A stretch of DNA of 64,000 bases, from contig NC_043002.1 of NCBI RefSeq assembly GCF_006345805.1, positions 120,342,001-120,406,000 on the forward strand. The letters are read 5' to 3'. The translations under genes were made by a program, and so were the position numbers. The notes under the pieces are model-generated. The model worked only from the letters and a program-made list of their open reading frames with translations, ran no database searches and was not told where the DNA came from. The stretch is from Octopus sinensis. Lineage: Eukaryota. Of this stretch, positions 52,937-64,000 are shown in pieces; position 1 is the stretch's first letter; every line of letters begins with the position of its first letter.

Positions 52937-55226
52937 ATGTCTTAGCATTCATTAGTTATCTTCGAGAGGCCCACATTGAACTTAAGGGATGATTTGAAGA
53001 AGCAGACATTACAATTCAGCGAAACTCGTGTCAGGTATACGGTACTCTCTCCATATAGAGTTAAGATGTAACTTATATTTGTACCTATTTACAGGTGAGT
53101 GTATCTAATTATTGAAATAAGACGTTTCCCTACAATTTAATAAGTGCGATGTCTTCAATCAACAGACTTCCCTAACTGTAACTCGTTAGACAATCCGAAA
53201 CGAATGTCAGTCTTTAGTCATTAGAATGAGTAACCTCAATGCGATCAGCTGAAGAGGCTCCCTAGCTGCTATATAATGGCTCAGATGAAAGTAGTATTAA
53301 TATGGGGTCGTTCAATTTTCGTCAGCTGATCAATTGAGCAATTGAGTAAACCTGTAAGTAACGTACTTATAATGACCACTAGAAACAGCTGTAAGTCAAA
53401 TATACTCTACTAAAGGAAAAATATGTAATGACCATTATTTATACCTTGCCTTATATATGTGTGTGTATACGTGTGTGTGTATGTATGTATGTATGTATGT
53501 ATGTATGTATGTATGTATGTATCTATCTATCTATCTATCTATACATACATACATATATATGTGTGTGTGTATGTGTATGAGTGTGTGTGTGTATAGTTTT
53601 GTGGTTCATTTGATTATATTAACAGATATGTTTGTTTTCTTTATATTTGTATTATCTACAGCTTTGGAGATTTAGCACGAACAGATTTTTTCTTTGTATG
53701 TCGTGTAAATGGCAATAATAACGATCAAGAAGCGAAACAATTACTAAATATATTCGAGGAAAATCCTACTTTTTTTACTCCTAGAATTCTAGAATTGCTT
53801 TTTCTTCCCTGAAGAAAATATAACTAAGGCTTTCAATTTTGCGTTTTTCAACTGCAATCAAATCACAAGTGTTATTCGGAGCAAACTTTATTTTTGCAAC
53901 ATATTGTTTAGACAAGTCTGAAAGGTATTGAGTAAACAACTGTTATTATTCGTTTATTTCACTGAACGACTTACACACAAAATAGCCTTCTAGTCTATCT
54001 AATTCACTAAGATAGAAGCTAGATAGATTGGCGGGAATACCGTGAATGTCCGCGCACTGTGGTTTTCTATGATTTGTATAAAGCAAATAGAAGCCTGAAA
54101 ATTATCGAAAACAAAGAGTATCTAAATTTAAGGAAGATATTATTAAATGCTACAATTTTCATTGCTTGTCCACCATAAACGAGGGAAAAAATTATTCTAA
54201 AATGCATGGCGTTTTATCTTTATCTTACAATTAGAACTTTTGCTTAACCGCGTATTGTTTCAAAACTGTGTTTGAGGTTTTGGGGCGACATAATTTATGA
54301 CTAGTTGAGCTAACCTCATTACAGCTTGCTCAACTCTGGCTTATGTTTATTTTTGTTTCAGAGATTCTGTTTTAGTAATCTCGTTATCATTATCTTTATT
54401 TTCTACATACTGGTGAGTGTTATGAAGGTAATGGAAAGAATTGATGAAGGTGAGAGAAAACTGTATTTACCTTTCACTTGCTTCAGTCATTAGACTGCGA
54501 CCATGCTAGGTAACCGCATTGTATATGTATATTTATGCTCATTTTTTCAACAAATGTCAATCCTTCCCATCAACATCATTTGAGGCGCTTAGCATAAGAT
54601 TTGCTGCACCTGTCTTATTTAATACAAAGACATATACATACACGTCTACATATGGTTTTAAGATTGACCCTTCCCATCTACACTTCTTGCTCTTTTCAAA
54701 CACATCAATCCCAATTCTATCAGAGGACACTGCCTCATACACCTTGATGGTTCTACCTGAGCCTAATGTAACGGGCATAACTCGAACGAAGAAAAACAAT
54801 CCCTGACTTGGCTTCTTCCCCACTTTGAACGAAGACAAACACTTCCTCTCTTGACTTCTTCCCCGCTTTTCTTTTTGATCCGATTCCTTAGACACCATCC
54901 GACCGGATAACACGCTTTCTGACCTCCAGTGGTATAAACCCGCGTAATCCTATTTTTACCAGCTCTCCTTAAGAGTGCCTAGAATGATTTTCCACACTCA
55001 TGCACAAACTGGATTTGCAGAAATTCGGCTACAATGGAGCTGTATAAAAATACTGTATAAAAACATTAATATAACCACTCTATTGACGAATATATGAGAT
55101 CCAATTTACTGTTAATTTTTTACTCATGGACATTTTAGATGACTATACATACATACATACATACATACATACATACATACATACATACATACATACATAC
55201 ATACATACATACATACATAAATTCAT

Positions 55227-55306
<80 letters not shown>

Positions 55307-55420
55307 CGTTGACGGCCGTCCACTTGTGACCAAGGAAGACCATTGCTGACATTCAGGATCATTGTGCGCTCTAGGACTAACTTCTATTTTACATTTGCGG
55401 CATTCTTGGTGGCTAAATGA

Positions 55421-55477
<57 letters not shown>

Positions 55478-55790
55478 GGTATGCATGTATGTATGTATGT
55501 ATTTTGCTTTAGTAATGAAGGTACTTGTTCAATAGTTGCAATCGCTGTATTCCGTACGAGACAAAACCTCGTTTATAAAATCATCTGAACATATTTTGCG
55601 CTTCACGGAGTTTCTTCATTATCAAATCCATGTCTTGACTGCCACAGATATGAAAACTAATAAAACTGACCAGAAGGCTAAACATGATTATTATGTACAA
55701 GAATCATTTCACCCTACCTTACTTATTGTGCACTATTATTTTGCTTGTGAAGTTACTCTTGCAACTTAAAGACACATACTTGTGCATGTG

Positions 55791-55833
<43 letters not shown>

Positions 55834-55839
55834 TATGTC

Positions 55840-56213
55840 GTGGCACTCCATCGGTTACACGACGAGGGTTTCTAGTTGATGCAATCAACCGAACAGCCTG
55901 CTCGTGAAATTAACGTGGAAGTGGCTGAGCACTCCACAGACACGTGTACCCTTAACGTAGTTCTCGTGGAGATTCAACGGGACACAGAGTGTGACAAGGC
56001 TGGCGTTTTGAAATACAGGAACAGCAGAAACAGGAAGAAAGAAAGAAGGTTATAGTGAAAGAGTACAGCAGGGTTCGGCACCCCCTCCCTGCCGGAGCCT
56101 CGTGGAGCTTTACGTGTTTTCGCTCAATGAACACTCACAATGCCCGGTCTGGGAATCGAAACCGCAATCCTACGACCGCGAGACCGCTGCCCTAACCACT
56201 GAAACATTGCGCC
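55840..56213 (-). mobile_element. SINE family C, diverged, in (TA)n
   Basis: Same body as the other two copies, with (TA)n flanks. Confidence 0.88.
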
Positions 56214-56225
56214 TATATATATACA

Positions 56226-56376
<151 letters not shown>

Positions 56377-56639
56377 TATATTATATATATAATGTTGAGA
56401 TATAGACGTATGCTTGTGTGTATATATATATATGTGTGTGTATACAAGCATATATATATATATATGTGTGTGTATATATGTATGTATGTGTGTATGTATG
56501 TACGTATGGACCCATATACATATACTCTTAGACTTAGTATGCGGAGAAAACATTTTTTGCAGAATAAGCAGGATTTAGAAGAAAAAGGAGTACAAGGTGG
56601 CATATATTTAAAGCCAGGTTAATGTTACAGAAGCTTCTC

Positions 56640-57830
56640 GAACAACAATGCAATTTCTAACAGAACTTCATTGATTTCAAAACCGAGCCTCATTTTACAC
56701 TAACTTATTTAGCAGTTGTCGTTGGACTCCCAGTTAGACATATACAAGTGATTAAAACACTGAATGCAATTTCCCACGATACAGCTTTCCTGAAAAACAA
56801 CGCAGATTTCTTTAGATCAAAAGTCCGTCAAGATTGTCTCCTTTTCCATCAAGTAGGCTGTTATTTCTACATTTTCATTTTATATCGGACAGCTCCTCTG
56901 TTGTCGGTATGAACCTTCTACGAGGCAGCGAAGTAAAACTTGGCTAATCATCACAAAAGTGAATGGAAAGATTATGAGCCACGTACAGAATGGAGATTGT
57001 TGAAGAGAAGAGCAAGATTTTGACCGATGGCTACAAGTAGAATGTGCCAAGGAACATGTGTGAAACGGACATAACTTAAAATGAATAATTTTAAAAAACA
57101 TGTTCCACATTCAGCTGGACAACAACTCAGTAAAGACAGTAAAATCAACATACTGTCTGACTTCAGTTGCCATGATAATGCTGAGCATCATATGGGCAGC
57201 CAGTATATTTTCAATGTTTTCAAAGGCGACGAGCTGGCAGAAACGTTAGCACGCTGGGCGAAATGCTTAGCGGTATTTCGTCTGCCGCTGCGTTCTGAGT
57301 TCAAATTCCGCCGAGGTCGACTTTGCCTTTCATCCTTTCGGGGTCGATTAAATAAGTACCAGTTGCGCACTGGGGTCGATATAATCGACTTAATCCGTTA
57401 GTCTGTCCTTGTTTGTCCTCTCTGTGTTTAGCCCCTTGTGGGTAGTAAAGAAATAAGTATATTTTCAATGTTTTCACGAAGCTAAACTGTACATGTTCTT
57501 AACAACATCGATCATTCTCTATGGTTGCAAAAACTGGATACTTGTGACTGTCACGAAATAATACAGAGATTCGTGCAAAAGAACTTCACAAATCTGTTAT
57601 GCATGTGCATATAAAGTACAAGAACAATAGATTTGTAAAGCAGCAAAAGATTACCAAATATACTGGCAAACAAGAATCAGCCATTTCTACAATAAAAAAT
57701 TTGGTGCGGACATATACCCTGCATTGGCTCCTTCACCAAAACCATCGAATGAACAGCTGAAAGAGGATAAAGTGGAAGCAATCAGAGAAAATATTGTCTA
57801 AAAACATCAAAACTGGTCCGATCTCATTAC
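56640..57830 (+). mobile_element. RTE-clade LINE relic interrupted by a SINE
   Basis: Pieces FFRSKVRQDCLL, MEIVEEKSKIL, SIILYGCKNW, GKQESAISTIK and TKTIE occur in RTE order and are split by the SINE at 57223-57455. Confidence 0.65.
57223..57455 (+). mobile_element. SINE family B with 21-bp TSD
   Basis: AGTATATTTTCAATGTTTTCA at 57202-57222 and 57456-57476. Confidence 0.93.
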
Positions 57831-58291
57831 CGTTTTCCTTCTGGGTAGGATAGAGGAAAGGAGTGACAAGTAATTGAGGGCTGCTAAGTCGATTACGGGA
57901 AGATGGTGATCATGATATACGCAAAAATGATAAAATACTTTGATTGCTGCAAAAGAAAACAGTTATTTTTAGAGTTACTTCACGTAACGTTTCAGACAAG
58001 CATTTAAAATTCTAAACAATAGTGACATTCATATATTCCTCGTGAATTGAATTTCTTTATGAAGGTTTTACTGGTTCTATGCAATGCCATAGATACAAAT
58101 ATTATTTTCACAATAAATGATCTTCGTAATCAGAACACTAACAGTAGTTACAGTTTGGAAATGACATTCTTTCATCTCATCATAACTCTTCAGAATTTCT
58201 CTAAAGAATGCAGCCAAGCAAAAGAAATTACAACAGTAAAGCAGACTTAATGTTTAAATAATATAACTTAATAAAGATATATATATATATA

Positions 58292-58348
<57 letters not shown>

Positions 58349-58370
58349 TAATATATATATATATATATAT

Positions 58371-58551
58371 AGGCGCAGGAGTGGCTGTGTGTTAAGTAGC
58401 TTGCTAACCAACCAAATGGTTCCGGGTTCAGTCACACTGCGTGGCATCTTGGGCAAGTGTCTTCTGCTATAGCCTCGGGCCGACCAAAGCCTTGTGAGTG
58501 GATTTGGTAGACGGAAACTGAAAGAAGCCCGTCGTATATATGTATGTATAT

Positions 58552-58590
<39 letters not shown>

Positions 58591-58782
58591 TTGTCCCTCT
58601 AGCATTGCTTGACAACCGATGCTGGTGTGTTTACCTCCCCGTCACTTAGCGGTTCGGCAAAAGAACCGATAGAATAAGTACTGAGCTTACAAATAATAAG
58701 TCCCGGGGTCGATTTGGTCGACTAAAGGCGGTGCTCCAGCATGGCCGCAGTCAAATGACTGAAACAAGTAAAAGAGCAAAAG
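58371..58782 (+). mobile_element. SINE family A inserted in (TA)n
   Basis: Full-length, with (TA)n on both sides. Confidence 0.9.
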
Positions 58783-58799
58783 ATATATATATATTATAA

Positions 58800-58844
<45 letters not shown>

Positions 58845-59104
58845 AATGTATATGTGTATATATGTATGTATTTATGTATGCATGTACATGTATGTTTATA
58901 TATGTGTTTGTATGTATGTAAATACGTATTTATATTCATATAAAAATATATGTGTGTAAGGCGGTCATTAGAGCAACAAACTTTCTTTCGCTATCTGTTT
59001 CTGCTCTCTGAATAAAAATGGCGCAGAGGTCGACATTTGCCTTATGGGTCGATAAAAAAAGTACCAGACATGCACGGTGTAAGTTATTTAATCACACATA
59101 AAGA

Positions 59105-59155
<51 letters not shown>

Positions 59156-60456
59156 TATATATATATATATACGCAGACGGTTTTATACACACACTCCCTC
59201 TCTCTCGATGACATTTTCTTGTTTTCTCTCTATCTTTCTCTCTTTGTCTCTCTTTCTCTCTCTCTCTCTCGTTCTCGGAATCGGCAAAGTTATAGTGTGA
59301 GAACAGACCTTGAGATCACTTGTAACCTCCCTTTCTCTCAGACTGTATTAATATGTGACATGTGTATATATTTACAAATATATGCATGTATATATGAAAA
59401 TATGTGTGTGCATGTGCGATGATGCATATATACTGATGTACTGCAGTAAATATATAGCGCAGCATTTTCAATAACATTACTTTAGGTCTAAGATCGACCC
59501 TTGATAAATATTGCAAAAGAATACGCATAGTTATTGATCATATGAAGTATTCAAAACTGAGCAGGGATACATACGTACGTGCTGATATACATATGTATCT
59601 GTATGCGTATAAATGTATGTGTGCGTGTATATGTTTGTCATTTATGCTTATTTGTGTTTATTTGTGTGTGTGTGTATGTGAGTGGAAGAGAGGACGGTTT
59701 CTTCTAATATCAAATGTTATTGCCTTGATTGACTAATTAAGCGTAATGAAATAGAAAGGTCAACAACATTAGTCTAAGTTCAAAGCTGTGTACTTTACTG
59801 AAAATCAGAAGTAACAATTTATCTGCTTGTGTGTACCACATATGTGCATGCATGGATATATATGAAGAGGTAGACATACACCATTCTGCACACACACATA
59901 TACACACATGCTCACGCATGCGCACGTACTTATACTGCCGCACACCCTTACACACAATTGCATGCATATATGCGTTTATATACGCATGTGCATGCAATCC
60001 TTTCATAATGCAACATATATAGTTATTCGCCTAGTTAGATTTATTTCTCCTGAGTCTGTAACTGTATACCTTCTGGTGAAACGTAAATACATATATCAAC
60101 ATGACCCTTCGAATTCATAAAAGATAATATATATCATTAACTTAATGTTGTATATGCTCCTTTACAAGAACCTGTAACAATCCTCAATATTTACGACAGT
60201 CATGTTATAAGTCTATATCACTTGACATTCTTATAAATGTTGGTGCCTTTGTATACATATATACCCGTGTGCGTTTAACTGTCCAGTTTGAGTGAAAGAG
60301 AAAAAGGGATGCATTCTGTTCCTACACATTTATTTGGTTGTTTATGTTTTGTGCGGGAAGGATTTTTTATTTGCAATTACATATTGCATATTGTCTATAG
60401 AATATTAAGTGTAGTACTTTTAATCACTTCCTAAATGCATATGAATATATATGTAT

Positions 60457-60497
<41 letters not shown>

Positions 60498-60517
60498 TGC
60501 ACACACACACACAAACA

Positions 60518-60570
<53 letters not shown>

Positions 60571-61807
60571 GTGTGTGTGTGTGTCTTTTACACATATCTT
60601 CATATCATACTGATCATGAAATAGCAACAACAAGAACTAACATATATATACTTTGATATAACGTTTCTAAATTTTACAGTTTATAAATATTTCTATAAAA
60701 TAATTAATCCTGGTATGAACACAATTCTTGAATCCCACAACAACTGCTGTTAACGTTGTTAGATTATCGGTAATATTCGATAACAGTTTATAATACATAT
60801 GTACTATATTTTCCAATCGCAAGAACAAGTTTTTATTACTTTAGATTGTTAACATCTTCGATAATTTTTCTTCTACATTATAAGAAAACATTTTCTCCTC
60901 CCTTAATTATTCTACACAATTAATGATTGAAGAATAGTTAATTCTTTGACCAAGAATCGTTATTTTCATTGTTTTTGTTAGGTTTATATCTTTGCTAGTT
61001 ACGTTCCAGACATCACCAGTTCTGAGGTGATGCAATTGTTTCCTAGCAATTGACTTCTATTTGCAACTATTATATTTCAGAATGTTATATTATATTCAAC
61101 GGTTGTTGCTCCTTTTATCTTTTGTTGTTAAAACTGTTGGAGATTTCCAGTTATTCTTATAAATACTATTGTTGAGTCTTTTACAAAACCTATGATGTTT
61201 TCTGACCGACCAAATCACCTTTTAGTGCAATTAATATTTATATTATATGATCAATAGATTGATACACATAATTATACCTACAAAATTCTTCCTATTTTCC
61301 GACCTGTTTTTTGTAATATATTTATAAATACTAACTTGGTTACTGTCAAGTGAATATTGTCAAAAATTCAGTTTTATAGATGTTTTGGCCTCTTTCTATC
61401 CAGTAGCTTGCACATTATATAGAATCATCCAATATTTCTACTATGTTTTGTTATAGTCACATGAGTGAAAGAAAAAATAACCATTGCAGACGCCTTTAGG
61501 GTTTTACTTTATAATTAACTTATTTTTAAAATAAATTTCGTATTTTACACAAAATGCATTAACCAAATAGTTTACATGACAATAATTGTTTTTTCTCCTT
61601 CTGTCTACTTGTATGGCTGTAATACTTCCTGGATGTAACTGCCATATACATAGAAACTTTACACAGAAATTGCCTTCAACAGTTTAAGAAAACAAATATG
61701 AATAACACAATATACTTACGTACTGAATGAATTCAGAGGAGACGGTAAATGAAACCAACCAATCAGTAATTGATATATATCTATATCTATATTTATATAT
61801 CCATCTT

Positions 61808-61871
<64 letters not shown>

Positions 61872-62414
61872 CATATGTATATGCATATAAATACATATAT
61901 ATATATGTACGTATATGCATATATATATACATATATATATATATTTAAATATATATGCATATATGTATTTATCCATATATGTATATATATCCACCAAACA
62001 TGATGTTGAGCACTCATTCTCACTGTCTGATACTGTGCATGCATATATTTACAGATGGTTGTGTGTGTATATATATATATATATATATTAAAAAATACCA
62101 AACATTATAGACATGTAACAAAAGAGAGGGAAATATGTTAAGTATCAATGTAACATGGTTTCTTGATAAGAGATGGACACGTTGTTCGGTTTCTGTGGTT
62201 GAGATTTTTAAATGTATTCGATCTCTTCATGAAAATAATCTTCACCATCGTTAACATCAAACATCAACCGTTTATACACACACACACACACACACAAACA
62301 TCTATATGTACATATTTATTATATATAATATATATATACATGTATATATATATACATATTCAGTATATATATATACGCATATATGCATGTTTGTGTGCGA
62401 GTGTGTATGTATGC

Positions 62415-62480
<66 letters not shown>

Positions 62481-64000
62481 CTGACACATTTAGTTGTGAT
62501 CTTTACTCTTTCTCTTTTACAGTTTTTGGATAATAGAAGTTTCAATAAAAATCAATTGATAAAGCTATAAACTGTGTTTGAAATGTTATTTATTTCTAAA
62601 GATGTTATGATTCCCAGTGTGCAGATCTTCACAATGTGGCGAAATTCTAGTGCCGTTTGTGACACTTTGAATTAACCACCTTCATATTGTATGTATGTTA
62701 GTCTAAGTAAAGTATTATTTGGTTCATAGTCTATTTAAAACTGCTAGCAAAACTGTTGTTTGAAATTTTGTAAAAATGTTTTGATCAAAACAGTCTGACT
62801 TCACATGTTATATGTGCTAAGTAATACTAACTTTAGTAATCTGCTTTCCGATTTAAATGCTTTTACAATGTTGTTAAATAAAATAAATGCATTTTTAAAT
62901 GGCCGAATTGAGATTTAGCACTCGTCAGAATTGCGTGTCAAATAATTCCGATGAGGAAATTTTCCTGATAATATGTATGACATCAGTGCAATCCAATTAT
63001 GCCCAATTGTATCAAAACATATTACACCAACATCAAATTTCGAAAACTCTTTCCCATAGTTCTTATTCCCCGACATATATTTAAATCTATATTATACAGC
63101 ATTATAAGGTGCTTTCCAGGCACCGCACACGATGTATGTATACTGCTGGTTCTCTCCAGCATGTATATTGTATATTTCTGTGTATGTATTAGTAATTGTA
63201 TAAAAATGCTATACAGGTGCAATGTTGTGTTTTTTGGAAACAGAGAGATGGAATAAAAGAATGAGTGTGTGTATGTGTGTGTGAGTATGCGTGTGTCTAT
63301 ATATGCATTAAGCAGAGTTGAATGTAATACTAAAAAAGATATTTAGTTAGAGATGATCTGAGTATTGCTTAAATTAAAAACTTCATCTAAGGCAAGGAAT
63401 GAGATCAAAAGGAAACTGCTTTCCTTATATCCCGGCAATGGATTGAATATCTCCTGGAGTTTAATTCTTTCTGTTTATGTGAAGTTCAAACCATACTAAG
63501 ATGTTTTTATAACCCCAAGAATTGACAAAATTGATAATTCATTATTAATGTAATTTCTGATTAACATCCAGCGGTGGTGCCCCAGCATGGCCGCGGCCTT
63601 CGGCCTAAAACATTTTTAAGGATTTTAAGGATCCCTCTAAATGTAAGAAATCACTTCTTTCATTTTTTTGCTAGAAACTAAATAAGATTTTGTATTTGTT
63701 GTCTACGTGTTATCCAGTATCCGTGTACCATGTATTAACTGTGAAAATAGTGAAACAGACAATGCAACAGAAAAAGAAGTCTAAGTTTGTGTGTTGCTGT
63801 CAGGTTATTACAAAATCGATTGTTTTGTTACATTTCCTGTTAATTACTTCTTGTATGGAATTAATATGGAATTAATTTTCCATTAAGCAATCTCTAGTTA
63901 ACTCCTTCATTAAAATAGTAATTAAAACTGGTGAAGGGAGACACCGGGATGTAAATAAGATACCATTGAGGTATATAATCGATAAATGTTTTGACCCCAA

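Overview
AT-rich, repeat-saturated eukaryotic DNA. The SINE families, RTE, R4/Dong and Penelope relics and extreme microsatellite load suggest a coleoid cephalopod, probably Octopus (inference). Only one host coding segment is well supported: a + strand terminal exon at 45001-45494 behind a clean splice acceptor. It encodes two hydrophobic helices around a Ser-rich loop and fits the M3-loop-M4 end of a divergent Cys-loop (nicotinic-receptor-like) channel. I could not securely identify its upstream exons. The rest is three tRNA-headed SINE families, decayed LINEs, a Penelope-like element and dozens of microsatellites. Almost all of the ORF track is microsatellite or SINE artefact. The main unexplained signal is RNA structure: one degenerate HDV-like ribozyme fold and six hammerhead-like motifs inside short retroelement pieces, plus several elements that accumulate in (AAT)n arrays. 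All protein and RNA family calls come from manual translation and folding plus recalled family motifs; no searches were run.
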